NCBI GenBank assembly: GCA_964016885.1
Contig: CAXHJY010000462.1
Location: forward strand, 62,001-126,000
Length of the DNA stretch: 64,000 nt
Reading direction: 5' to 3'
Origin: Eledone cirrhosa
Lineage: Eukaryota
The notes below the pieces were generated by a model. It saw nothing but the letters and a program-made list of their open reading frames with translations, was not told the DNA's origin and did not search any database. Shown here in pieces: positions 1 to 13,430 of the stretch. The translations under genes were made by a program, and so were the position numbers. Each line of letters starts with the position of its first letter. Positions within the stretch are counted from its first letter, which is position 1.

Positions 1-1810
1 CAGCCGCAAGTCTCCGGGAATGGATGGACTGAGTGCCGAGAATTTCAAGTGTGCTGGTGATAATGGCACTTTACAAAGGAAAGGGAGCCAAAGATGACTG
101 TGGCAACTACAGAGGTATTTCACTGCTATCTATGGCTGGGAAGATCTTGTGCAGGATATTGTTGGACAGATTGATACAGCACATTGCTGTTGAGGTACTT
201 CCTTAGTCCCAATGTGGCTTTAGGAATGACAGAGGCAGTTGACATGATATTCTCGGCCAAACAACTTCAAGAGAAATGCATTGAGCAGCGCATGGACTTA
301 TACAAAATTTTTGTCGATCTGACCAAGGCATTTGACAGCGTTAATCGGAAGGCTTTGTGGGTTATTTTGGAGAGATTGGGCTGTCCTGGAAAGTTTCTGA
401 ACATTCTGAAACTCTTCCACGATTACATGCAGGCATGGGTGAATGTTGGAGGTAAACTATCTGAGCCAATCGCGATTGAAAATGGTGTCACCAGCTTTGT
501 TTGCCTTGTATTTCGCGATGGTGTTCTTCAAGGCCTTCAAGAATTGTCAACACGGTATCTATCTCAGATATAGCACTTCCGGCAACCTGTTTAACCTTAG
601 GCGTCTCACTGCCAACATTAAGGTACTGAGTACCTTGATCAGAGAAATGTTATATGCAGATGATTGTTATCTCTTTGTACACTCCTAGAGTGACATGCAA
701 CACCTTATGGATTGTTTTTCCAATGCGTGCAGTGCTTTGGGACTGACAATCAGCCTGAAGAAGACTGTCGTCATGTACCAACATGCTCCGGATAAAGTTT
801 TCAATGAACCCTCCATACACGTATACGGTCAAAAGGTGAAGGCTGCTGACACATTTGTGTATTTGGGGAGTACTCTGAGTGTGACCTGCTCTCTGGATGC
901 AGAATTTGGTCTACGTGTTAGTAAGTCAAGTGAGTCATTTGGAAGGCGCAACGAGCGTCTTTGGTGCAGGCGAGGAATCACAATGAGGACCAAGGTGAGA
1001 GTGTATGCTGTATGTGTACTGTCAGCTTTGCTGTATGCATGTGAGACATGGGTTGCCTACAAACGGCATATCCACAGACTGGAACGGTTTCATCAGCAGT
1101 GTCTCAGAAAGATGCTCGGTATCAAGTGGCAGATGTATGTGAGTGATGTTGAGGTCCTTGAGAGAAGTGAGTGTCGGAGCATTGAGAGTATCACGCACCA
1201 ACGGCATTTGCGATGGACCGGACACCTCTGCAGAATAGAGGATGATCGAATCCCAAAGCAACTTGTGTACGGCAAGCTGTGTGGGGGTAAGAGACAACCT
1301 CACAAACCAAAGCTCCGATTCAAGGATTGTGTAAAGGGCTCATTAAAAAAAATTGGTTTTATGATGGCTGACTGGGAGATAGAAGCTCTTGAAAAAGAAA
1401 ATTGGCGTGGAATGGTGAATGATGGGGTCTCTAATTTTGAGGACAGACGCATAGAGCACGAGAAGATCAAACGGATGTGCGTAAGCAATACCCTGGTGTA
1501 TCTCTCGAAACGATCGTTGTCTCCATTGAATTGAAGTGTGCTGTGTGTGGAAAAATTTGCTTGAGCAAATCTAGTCTCAGGAGCCACAGTCACAGCCATG
1601 TTCAAAGAGAACCAGTGAACTATGATCTCCGGGGTGTTGTGAGGGTTCACGGGCAACCTGATGCAGGACCTCAAGCCAGGGAGATCCATAGTTGTCGTCA
1701 GTGTGTGAAGAAGTGCAAGTCTCAAGCAGGCTTGAAAAGCCATATTCGAGCGTCTCACATCTGAATCTGAAAAGCGATTGCAATACTCTTGGCAGAGTTT
1801 GCAGCCATCA

Positions 1811-1811
<1 letters not shown>
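1..1811 (+). mobile_element. RTE-clade LINE, 3' part (RT plus C-terminal C2H2 zinc fingers), frameshifted, runs off the window start
   Basis: Frames give NYRGISLLSMAGK, FVDLTKAFDSVNR, LYADDC, YLGS, LLYACETW, LRWTGH and RIPKQLVYG. Then CAVCGKICLSKSSLRSH and CRQCVKKCKSQAGLKSH. Ends at (TA)n. Confidence 0.9.
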
Positions 1812-1885
<74 letters not shown>

Positions 1886-1890
<5 letters not shown>

Positions 1891-2216
1891 CCATTGTCCT
1901 GTGTCACAACTTCTATCGGTATGTTTACTTCGTTTTTCCTCTTTTCCTTTTTTCTTCTTCCTCTCTCTTCACTATCGCTTCTTTTCCTCATGACATTTGG
2001 ATGGATAAAAAGCCATGGGCACGCTGCAGATCGATGTTCTGTTTCAAACGCCGAAATATCTATGATCTGTAGTAACAGCTGATGAAGTGATACTTTTTTT
2101 GTCTTGTTACCTTCGTTTTCAGTAATCACACAGCCTGCCTCTCCACCTACATTTTTGTATTTACTGCTGTGACCTTTCTGCCTGTCTTGCTCGATTTGTC
2201 TTTCGGATCGACTCCT

Positions 2217-2280
<64 letters not shown>

Positions 2281-2775
2281 GAGTTGTATTCGGCCTAGTC
2301 ACACATGTCGTAAAACCCTTTTCGATTAACTCCCTTTCCCTTCTCCTCCCCCTCTCTATGTCCCTCTTTCTCACCCCCTCTCGCTTCCGGTTTCCCTATC
2401 CTTCTCTCTCCCCCTACCCTCACTTTACTGAGATCGCCACAGAAAAACCTTGTTCCGCAGTTATCACTGCCAACGGGCTTATACCCATGGGCTTATTATA
2501 ATCTATTCCACTTTCTCTTCGGTTACTTACAACATGTGCCATTGTGCTAACTTCTATCGGTATGTTTACTTCGTTTTTTCCTCTATTCCTTTTTCACTAT
2601 CACTTCTTTCCCTCATGGCCTTTTGATGGATAAAAGGTATGGGCGCGCTACAGATTGATGTGTAGCATACAGTTGATGAAGGGATACTTTTCTTCTGTTG
2701 CTTACGTGCCGTTTATCTTCTAACACTTCGTTTTCATTAACCACACAGCCTGCCTCTTCACCTATATTTATATCT
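1886..2775 (+). repeat. Diverged partial direct repeat (about 1886-2165 vs 2535-2775), pLTR-like non-coding element between (TA)n tracts
   Basis: Both copies share gtgccattgt...aacttctatcggtatgtttacttcgtttt...atggataaaa...tgatgaag.gatactttt...cacacagcctgcctct. Confidence 0.65.
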
Positions 2776-2789
2776 ATATATATATATCT

Positions 2790-3642
2790 ATCTAAGGCGG
2801 GTAAAATTCCCGAGATCCATGGACGAGTTCTCTCCAGCAGTCTCTGTCCCTCATTATCGCTGCCATGTCCAGCGTCTCCAACAGACCAGTGTCTGTCCTT
2901 AGGGCATCAACATACGTTAACCTTGGTCTTCCTCTTTTAGTGTGTCCATGTAGGGGCTCCCAAAGGAGCACTGAGTGCAATGTCAACCCTGGATGTCGGT
3001 GAGCATGTCCAGCTCACCTCAGTCTCCTCTGTGTCACTTTTGGGCTGACTTTTGGGATGCTCCCATACACCTCTGAGTTTTTCATCCTCAGTGTATACTG
3101 ATTAATGTTCAGAGCCATCCTCAGCATTCTCGTGTAGCACCCATCCACCATGTGAGTGAGTTTCTTGGTCAGTGTCCAAGTCTCAGACCCATACAGCAGC
3201 ACAGACTCCACTACAGCAATGAAGAGGCGGACTTTCTGGTCTCTACGAAGGTCTGACTTCCACACCGATCTCAAACTGTGGCATGCCGCTCAGGCCTTGC
3301 TCTCTCTCAACCACATCATCTTCCGTATTCCCAATCTTTGCTCCCAAATACAGGAAGCCCTCAACCAATTCTATCGGCTTCCCGCCTACATTAGTGATCC
3401 CCACTGGCTTCTCAACATTCTCTACCAGATATTTTGTTTTAGTCTCATTCATTCTCAGCCCCACACTCATCGACACAGTCTCAACCTCCCGCATCAAATC
3501 CTCTTCCTCCTTCACTGTATTTGTCACCAAAACTATGTCGTCGGCAAATTCAGCATCCGATACCTTTTTCGCCCTAACTCTCCTGATCTGAGCCGGTGCT
3601 ACAGTAAAGCCTTGCACTGGAGAAACACCAGGACTCTGGCTT
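2790..3642 (-). mobile_element. 5'-truncated RTE-type LINE fragment (RT C-terminal part)
   Basis: Peptides FADDIVL, FLYLGAKI, VLLYGSETWTL, YTRMLRMAL and LLWEPLHGHTKRGRP. Flanked by (TA)n on both sides. Confidence 0.85.
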
Positions 3643-3720
<78 letters not shown>

Positions 3721-3857
3721 AGTAAGTATGTTTTGAAACAGTGAGCGAGTTTGAAATTAGAAAATATATAGCTTTCACTGTATTTTTAACTAAAGGAATT
3801 TTAGCTTGATAACGGGGTTTAGAACCCTCAGATAAATGGAAAAAGATGAGTATTGAC

Positions 3858-3911
<54 letters not shown>

Positions 3912-3959
3912 AAATACGAGGAAATAATAGCCAAAAATATTCCTATTTTTTCTTCAATT

Positions 3960-4051
3960 TCCCGACTGCAGTTCCGCCGAATCCGTTTGCAGCTGTGTAT
4001 GCTCTATAGAAGTGCATCATTGCTCTGGGGTTGATAAGGCTTATCAAGAGA
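3960..4051 (-). ncRNA. Hammerhead ribozyme motif, type I, U3:A8 core variant, probably decayed (GGAA for GAAA)
   Basis: Minus strand reads tctc-TTGATAA-gcc-(about 60 nt)-ggc-GGAA-ctgcag-TC-ggga. Stem III is the palindrome ACTGCAGT with a GUC triplet. Confidence 0.6.
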
Positions 4052-4919
4052 CACTTCAAATAGGACTGTTTCTAGACGCGTTCGTAGCAAATGAGAAATT
4101 CTCGAGAGGTAGAGGGAGAAAACAACACGTGATACAGTGGTGACAGTAACGTATTTGCTGGAAAAAGCAATTATTACACGCCTTTAACTCAACGATAGGG
4201 GAGTTTGGAACAACGTCATAATATACAAACACATATTCATATATATATGTCTGTTGAATAATTCAAAGCTAACATGTTATTTTATATTCCACAGCAAGAT
4301 AGGTAAAAGGCAGTTCACTGTTTAATCCAATCAGTTAAATTCCAATCACATTAGTTTTTCAATATCAAAAAGCAGCATATATAAAGATAACAAAATTAAT
4401 CTTGATTTAATTAGGTTAAATTATTTAATTGATCTACGAACTTTTCTATCAATACAATAAGAAATTCTATTTTTTCCCACAGTACGGATTTCCTCATAAT
4501 CTACTTAAAAATAAACATAACATAATTACCAGCGATGTCCAAATATATATGTTAAGAATTTTAAAAATATGTATATCCTGTAAGTATATAGGGGGATATA
4601 TGTAAATATATATGTGAATGCATATGTTCAAATATATGTCTATATGTATGAGTATGGGTATATATGTGTGTGCATATGCATTTAGATACGAGTGCACATA
4701 ATTATATGTATATAAATTAAGTTTAATGTATATATATATGTATATATAAATGTAATAATATTATTAAGGATACTATTTATGGTTAAGTATATACTAAAAC
4801 TTTATATAGTTATATATATTTTAAACCCTAAACAGTCAAGGTCAGTAATTTATTACTACCTTATTACCAGTAAGATAAATAGCTCAATATAATAACATCA
4901 GTTGTTCTACAGAGCAGTT

Positions 4920-6853
4920 ATATAGAATTCACAAGAATCAAAGTTATGTTCAAAGCATTTATTCACTTACAATTGTTTCATCCAAACCTAGGCTTGGAAT
5001 CTTCGGAACATTTTTCAATGTTTGTACACATAATTTTCCTCCTCTCCAAAGCAAGAGACATACAGATACATATGTATATATTGATGTACAATGGAGTGAC
5101 ATATATTATATTATATTATATCTGTATAGCAATTCAAATTCAAAATCAAAATCAAAATTAAAATTAGAATTAAAACAAAATTAAAACAAAATTAAAATAC
5201 ATTCGGCAGTTAACATAGATAAAGCAAGAGGATAGTTTGTTAGTCAGATGTAGTAGTTATTGTATGCGTTAGTTACACGTGGGGCATGCACGTGTGTCTC
5301 ATTTATATATGATTATTGTGTGGCAGGGTGTTACATGTAATACAAGCACTTTACGTGGGTAAGTAAGAGTATTATGGAGGTTGTAGTGGTAAGGTATTTT
5401 TTGTATATAATAAAAATGTATGTGTGCAGAAAAATAAAAATAAAAAGTTATATAGTGATACAATACAGTCTATGTAAGCTTTAAATACCAGACCCGACAA
5501 TGAATTATTTGTGCAAATGTAAAATGTATTTGTATGTATGGAGTGATAACATTGGATATATATAAGATTAATTTATTAACATAAGAGATCTGTATAACCT
5601 ATATGTTGAGTGCAATGGATTATGTAGGAATGGTATGTGAGTTATATATGCATGCATAACTTGATGGATAGATTAATGACATTGTAAATGAGGGATGTTT
5701 TTGTCTGCCCTAGAGATGTATCTGGCTTTGCCATGCAAACAGCCATACGCTGCTCCAGAACTTACCAGGGGTTATGTAGACATAGTTCTAATAGGTCCCC
5801 TGACATGTTCTGTGAGTAGACTACATTTGCAAAGAACATTGATATAAAGATATGGCTCTTTGTATGGAATATTCAGTTGTAGCACTCTATGATAGGGAGT
5901 AATCATCCTAATATAAATACCTTTAGTGCATCATGATAGAGTAGACTGTATTTAAAATTGGAAACTGAATATAAATATATAACCGTCTATATAAGGGACT
6001 CAATTGAGACACCTTATAATGTATGTTAGAACAATAAATTTAGTTATGGAAATCAGCTAGTTACCTCCCGTTATACATTAACTCCCCTTAATTACACACA
6101 TACTTCCGGATAATAAACCGATGTAAATTCTTGCAGCAGAAACAACCTACTGTATAAAATTGGATTAAAGAACACTGAGCCGCAATAAGCTAAAATAATT
6201 TAATTTAATGCATCAAACATCCAATACGGAATCATCGTTAATTATGTGATGGATGTATAAACTATATATTACATTTCCTGAATGTGAAAATGGTGGTGGA
6301 TACGAAAACCATAACTTTCTTTTGCTTCTCCTTTTTTATTTTTATTTTTCTGCACACATACTTTTTTATTATATACAAAAAATACCTTAACACTGCAACC
6401 ACCATAATACTCTTACTTACGCACGTAAAGTGCTTGTATTACATGTAACACCCTGCCACACAATAATCATATATAAATGAGACACACGTTCATGCCCCAC
6501 GTGTAACTAACGCATACAATAACTACTACATCTGACTAACAAACTATCCTCTTGCTTTTTCTATGTTAACTGCTGAATGTATTCTAATTTTGTTTTAATT
6601 TTGTTTTAATTTTAATCTTGACTTTGATTTTGAATTTGAATTGCTATACAGAAATAATATAATATAATATATGTCACTCCACTGTACATCAATATATACA
6701 TATGTATCTGTATGTCTCTTGTGTTGGAAAGGAGGTCAATTATGTGTACAAACATTGAAAAATGTTCCGAAGATTCCAAGCCTAGGTTTGGATGAAACAA
6801 TTGTAAGTGAATAAATGCTTTGAACATAACTTTGATTCTTGTGAATTCTATAT
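4920..6853. mobile_element. About 520-bp inverted repeats (4920-5447 and 6333-6853) around a spacer of about 0.9 kb. Arms carry an HHR-like motif plus AATAAA (inverted PLE pLTRs)
   Basis: The arms are near-identical reverse complements: ORFs 4946..5161(+) and 6612..6827(-) give almost the same peptide. Ends abut TA runs. Confidence 0.8.
6764..6808 (+). ncRNA. Minimal type I HHR-like motif with CCGAAGA core (inverted copy at 4965-5009, minus)
   Basis: gtt-CCGAAGA-t-tccaag-cctagg-tttgga-t-GAAA-caattg-TA-agt-gAATAAA. Palindromic stem III, weak stem I. Confidence 0.55.
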
Positions 6854-7552
6854 ATAAATGTATGTGTATTGTATTATATATGAGTATACGTGTGTAGTTT
6901 TATACTAAAAATAAACATTTCACCTCTATTAAAACAATTAATAAATAGTGATTGATACTTTATTATTGAATTAAGCTTCAAAAAATATTGTATTGTTTTT
7001 CTTAATATATTCTATTAATGTTATGCCTAAAATTGGTATTACTTCAATGAATAAGGATTATTAAATTTATAAAGTTTAGTTGTATTCCTATAATTTTATT
7101 TTAGAGTCTAAAAATAATGTTTAGTTACTGCACAGTATATTATATAACTAATCATTTTTAATTTGTACGTTTAGTCTTTCATAAAGTGTTAACGTCTTCC
7201 GAACTGTAGTTTATATTTAATGATTTCTTACGAATGAAACAGTTCTAGTATTGTAGAAGGCATTGCTATATTGAAATGATTATATATACATACAAACGAA
7301 TATCATATCAAAACGTCTTCTGCTGCACTAATGATTTTAAACGAATGGAACACTTGTAGCTGTCGAAGTAATTTATATATATAAGATCAATCATGCACTT
7401 TCTGTCGTTTCTCTCATTTCCTCTTCGGAAAACAATTATACATACATACATACATACATACATACATACATACATACATACATACATACATACATACATA
7501 CATACATACATACATACATACACATATGTGTGTATGTGTGTGTGTGTGTGTG

Positions 7553-7613
<61 letters not shown>

Positions 7614-7634
7614 TTGTGTGTGTGTGTGAGTGCG

Positions 7635-7699
<65 letters not shown>

Positions 7700-8093
7700 A
7701 TAAATATATATATACATTTATATATATATATATATGTAAATGTACTTGTGGGTTTGCAAGGATTTATGTGTGTGTGTGTTTGTGTGTATGAGTATGTATT
7801 TGCCCTTTTCATACACCTGTTTCAATTAACCTTCCACGGAAGTGATCGTACACTTCAATTATGGGTACATTTAAGTTGATCTGACACCCGTAATACAGTT
7901 AATCTCCTGTAATTATGACAGTGGGGGTGAAAGCAGGCGTTGTATATATGTATATATATATATATATATATAATTGATATATATATATATATTTATATAA
8001 TTGATATATATGTATATATATGTATATATCTGTGTGTATACGTGCGTATTTATATCTACACACACACACACATACACACACACACACACACAT

Positions 8094-8148
<55 letters not shown>

Positions 8149-8218
8149 ATATATTAATTTTAATACAAGAGAGGAAATACAAGACCTTAGTCACTCCAGA
8201 GATTAAAGTTAAATTATT

Positions 8219-8303
8219 GAAGAAGAAGAAGAAGAAGAAGAAGAAGAAGAAGAAGAAGAAGAAGAAGAAGAAGAAGAAGAAGAAGAAGAAGAAGAAGAAG
8301 AAG

Positions 8304-8368
<65 letters not shown>

Positions 8369-8378
8369 CGAGAAGAAG
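8219..8378. repeat. Compound (AAG)n(AAC)n microsatellite
   Basis: Seen directly in the sequence. Confidence 0.95.
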
Positions 8379-8544
8379 TGTAGGAGGTGCACACATGAGG
8401 TCCCTAATTTCCATTTATTATGTCCACTAGGAAATGTATCAATCAACATGTAAACCGGATTTTCTTCCTAATACTACGTATATATATATATACACACAGA
8501 CACACAGATATAATATACATATATATATATATATGTGTGTGTGT

Positions 8545-8581
<37 letters not shown>

Positions 8582-8974
8582 GTGTGTGTGTGTGTGTGTG
8601 CGTGTGTGTGTGTGTGTAGATATAAACACGCACGTATACACACATATATAGTATAATTAAAATTTGCAGCACGTCAAATGTATGGTTCAGTTATGGCCAA
8701 CACTGCATAGTGGAAGATACGTTAGCGAGATTAGTTGTTAGCTCACTAAATATAATTTCATTCTGTGAAAGGCTCTTTTATTTTATTTTATTATTCAAAA
8801 AGGGGGAAACAATTCCCAAAATGAGGTTCGAAAAAAGAAGTTTTTCTATTGTGCGAATGCGTAATATGTGCGTGACTTTACAACTCAGGTTACTCGCTTA
8901 TTACGCAAGCGCACGGATAACTTATAACTTAAATAACTTATAACTTAAATAAAAAAAAATCAGGCCCAAGAGAT

Positions 8975-9790
8975 ACATTTGTCGTCTTGATGTGGTAATA
9001 CGACAGCCTTGATGTATATAATGTTGATGGATTATGCATACTTCATACTCTTAATCCTAAATTCCACATCCACAGCATAGGCCTACACGATCTTCCTTTG
9101 ACTGCAAAAGGCACACTATAGAGAGGTTGTGTAATGATTTAATAGTCACTTTTAGCGCTCTGGGACTTAAGATAACAGTTGATACGAATCTCAGACTATT
9201 TTGGCCTCAAATTCGACCTATCAACAGGGCCACATAAACGCTACCTCAAGAAGAATAACAGGCTAAAATATGACAACAGAGAATCCTGCCACCCGTCTAA
9301 GTCTTTTAATAATCTTGTTCCTATTGTTAATCGTCGAATCTCGAGCTTATCATCTAATAAAGAAATATTTGAGAAGGTAGCGCCATACTACAAGGACTTC
9401 CGAAATAATGGATGCAGAGTAGAAATCAAATACATACCCAATAGATCTTTAGCTAAGAAGAATCCTCATCATCGCTTAACCTCCATCATGATGATGATTC
9501 TATAAAGAATAGAAATAGGAAAAGAACAATAATCTGGTTCGCCCTTCCATACTCACTTAACGTAAAGAATAAAGTAAGACATTCTTAGATTTAATTGATA
9601 CAAATGTTCTCCCACAACATACGCATTGTAAGATTTTCAATCGCCGCTCGGTCCGGATATTTTAAATTTGTAAACATGGCCGCCAAATATGAGATCCAAG
9701 AAGAACCAAAGAAGAAGCCAGAAGCACATCTGGGAGGCTCTTGCAGGAAAAAAGTTTGTATTTAGCGAAGGTTTTTTAGAACCTTATGTT
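8975..9790 (+). pseudogene. Decayed PLE RT/thumb fragment related to the 13.7 kb and 52-54 kb elements
   Basis: FDLSTGPHKRYLKKNNRLKYDNRESCHP..VNRRISSLSSNKEIFEKVAPYY and KRTIIWFALPYS align by eye with NPKYVNVKSNHP..ISRLSSN..YIWYNPVY. Confidence 0.7.
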
Positions 9791-10618
9791 TGCAATTAAA
9801 TATTCTATCATGCTGGGTATTTATACAAACTGGACTAGAACAAGATTCGCTCTCGAAAACCTATATTTTACTACATCCTATTAGTACATTTCCTGTGTGT
9901 TTTTTTTTGTATTTTTTTTTTTCACACTAATCTTCAAAACATTCTTAATTTCTTAATTCCTTCACTACACTATCCTATTCTTAACTTTCACCCTTTCCTT
10001 TTTCTCTCATTCTTTTTATACCCTCTCGACCATATATGGCAAACATTGAAACCTCCACCCATACCAATGGTCCAAGGACAAATTGTTCCACATCACAGCA
10101 CACAGAATGATAATGTGAAACTCTTTACCCCCATCCCCACTCCTCCTAAATGTCTCTACTAATCACTCTAACTGACTGTATTTTATTTTATTCTATTTTA
10201 TTTTATTGTCATTTTGATTTATTCTTTTTCTATATATTTCTTAACGTAAATATCATTTTTATACTGAATATCTCATTCCTGAATTCTACCGTATAGTGGA
10301 AGGTCACAACAATTATAAGCTTTCTGAAGAAGTGTGATAATTAATTAAGTATTGCATATGATTAACAATATATATTTTAGTCAGCATGTGTTGACGATGA
10401 TTATATGGACAAAGAAACATATGTTAAGGACAATAAATTCCTTCCTTTCTCGCCAAAGTCTCTATTTTTCTTGGTACAATACCTGCTTATATCTATCTAT
10501 ATATATATTTAGATATTGTAACGTCCAGTTACTATAGGTTCACCAAAGGGAGCACTCGATGCATTGTTTCCAGTAAGTATATTGGTGTAATACTAAGCAG
10601 AGTGTAATACTAATAATT

Positions 10619-10753
10619 GTTTCTTCTTTAGGCACAAGGCCAGCAATTACCCAGTGCATTACTGGTACTTTATTTTATCAACCCCGTAAGGATGAAAAGC
10701 AAAGTCAACCTCGGCGGGATTTGAACTCAGATCGTAAAGGGATGTAACTATGC
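10619..10753 (-). mobile_element. tRNA-derived SINE, 5'-truncated
   Basis: Family core on minus strand: gagttcaaatcccgccgaggttgactttgcttttcatccttacgggg...aaagtaccagtaatgcactggg. Flanking duplication tgtaatactaataat. Confidence 0.85.
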
Positions 10754-11639
10754 TGTAATACTAATAATAGAGTGTAATACTATTAATAAAAAGTAAGATG
10801 TGTTAGGTCTTCATTGCGTTTATTGAGGAGCGACGCGCGTTTCACGATTGATCAGCTCATGGTTCGATCTGTATCGATCTCGCCCGCCACTGGAATCAAA
10901 CGCTCGTCTGACTTCTGTTATGGTAAAAACAGAATGAAGCTCGTAGGGCTTATAAATTATTATGGATAAATGTACCAATATAGATACATGTAGCAATATA
11001 TTGTTCTCGTGGAACAGCAATAAAAAGAGATTAAGTGTTGAAATTTCTCGCTACATAATTTAATGAATGACCCTATATTTGGCTTTCAATTTATTTTGAA
11101 TATGATAAACAATCTTGAGAGATTAACAAGGTATCTAACTGGTTTTGGAAAGCAAAATGCAATAAAATGTTTTTATATATTAGATTTCATAATTTTTAAC
11201 ATTTTAAAATGAATCGTTTTGTATTTTACAGACCATTCAGAGTGTCCCGCGATGACCGTTTTTAAGTATTACCTTGTAGGCCTATTTAGAATTTTTGTCA
11301 TAACCGTTAGTTTACCTATACTAAAGGGCTTCACTGATAGGTTATGTGTGTTATAATTTCCAAGTTCTATGTTTTGGGAAGAAGGTGTGGGGAATCTTTG
11401 GAATAGTGCTTAATAAATATTAATGTCCCTAGTAGTTGTTCCAATGATCAAAAGTGGCCCACCAATGTAATATGATGCACACTTCTGGGTTAAAAGATAA
11501 TGGAATGGAAAACTGAACCTTAATAGCAGAACCTAAAGACTCCAATATTCATTCTTCCTTTATACTTCAAGAACTTTCCTAATAATACAAGATATCTTTA
11601 TCAATGCAGTCATTTTACATTATTGAACAGTCTAAGATT

Positions 11640-11900
11640 CAGAAAAATTTGCGAAAATGGACACAATTTTCACAGATGAGACGCCGTTGACAATAGGCCT
11701 TCTCGATTATGTCCAACACCAACCAAAGACTAAGAAGTTGATACAACAACAACAATACAAATATAGTTCCACAGAGAGTAGAGATGTCATGAGATGTATT
11801 TTTAACGATGGCCCACGGGGAGAGCCGCATACAGCATTAAAGCATTTGTTTGAAGACAAATTAAAAGAAATAATTACATTGATTCGAACATAACAGGACA
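11640..11900 (+). pseudogene. Possible decayed Tc1-like transposase fragment
   Basis: DTIFTDETPL and DVMRCIFNDGPRG loosely resemble the Tc1 motifs IFSDE and VMVWGCF..G.G. Weak match. Confidence 0.3.
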
Positions 11901-12107
11901 GATGGGAAATAAAATAAAATTAACGGCATTTGAAAGCATGCCGACAACATTGTTATTATTTATATAGATTACAGTGTCGAGTTTATTGTATTAATACTAT
12001 GAGGGTGAATGACAATGTAGAGAACAACAATAAATGTATTATTCAAGAGAAAATTGACAATGGTCCTAATTTCTACTGACAATTGATATAAGTTAAATAG
12101 AGTGGTG

Positions 12108-12200
<93 letters not shown>

Positions 12201-12248
12201 AGTGAGGGTATGTGTGTGTGTGTGCGTGTGTGTATGTCTAAATACACG

Positions 12249-12391
<143 letters not shown>

Positions 12392-12477
12392 CTATATACA
12401 TAAATATATACACACACACACATATATTATATATATATATATATTTGTATATATCCACGTATAAATATATATATATA

Positions 12478-12537
<60 letters not shown>

Positions 12538-13008
12538 CTTATATGTTTCTATATCTGTGTGTGTGTGTATGCGTGTGGATGTCACTGTGTGTGTACGAAT
12601 ATTCTCATAGTTGTATCATTACAACAATACATATAGAATTTGGTTAAGGAAACAGTTGTCTCCTCAACGCTACGCGCGATACATTTCATTGATTTCAATT
12701 TGGCTGCAACACAAAATCTTGTTGTATGATGTATTATAAAGCAAACCGTTTCAGTGATAGATATGTTTTGTGTTGCTTCGTTTATTTATTTTTTTTCTTC
12801 TTGTCTTTCAGCATTCCGTGTCTCGCATAATTATCTTTAATACAGATATTCAAATACTAAAATGAATATACGAATGTACAAATATCCATAACATACGATG
12901 AAAGATGCACACTCAAACACAGACGCGCACACATACAGACATATAGAAGTTATATAAATAAATATACATACAGACATGCATACACATCTATGTGCCTATA
13001 TATATATA

Positions 13009-13097
<89 letters not shown>

Positions 13098-13430
13098 CAA
13101 TATTTAAAAAGACAAACTAAGAGATACAATAACACAACCACTTATTAGTTTCAGCCTTGGTGAAAAACTTCGGTTGGTTTATATGATGTGTTAGTTTTGT
13201 TATGAATACGTATTTATGAATATAAAAGTCGTGCACATATACATATATCTACAAGAATATGTACAAAACTATTTACAATATTATGTGTATATTTATATAT
13301 ATATATATATATATTAAGAGAGTAAAACAAAAAAGCCTACAATACATCAAAAGTCTTTATTAGCCGACAATGTTTCGTCCTATTAAGGACTCATCAGGGC
13401 AATTAAAACAACAAGAAGTAATATCGGCAG

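Noticed and set aside
3800-3850. TTGATAA followed by a GC hairpin as an HHR
   Set aside because: The GAAA half and stem I partner are not identifiable.
4946-5161. Duplicated 71-aa gene (also 6612-6827)
   Set aside because: This is a chance ORF in the arms of the inverted repeat, antisense to the HHR and polyA orientation.
11225-11270. Possible host exon (ttttacag...gtatt)
   Set aside because: The donor is weak and there is no supporting frame or neighbouring exon. It cannot be supported without transcripts.
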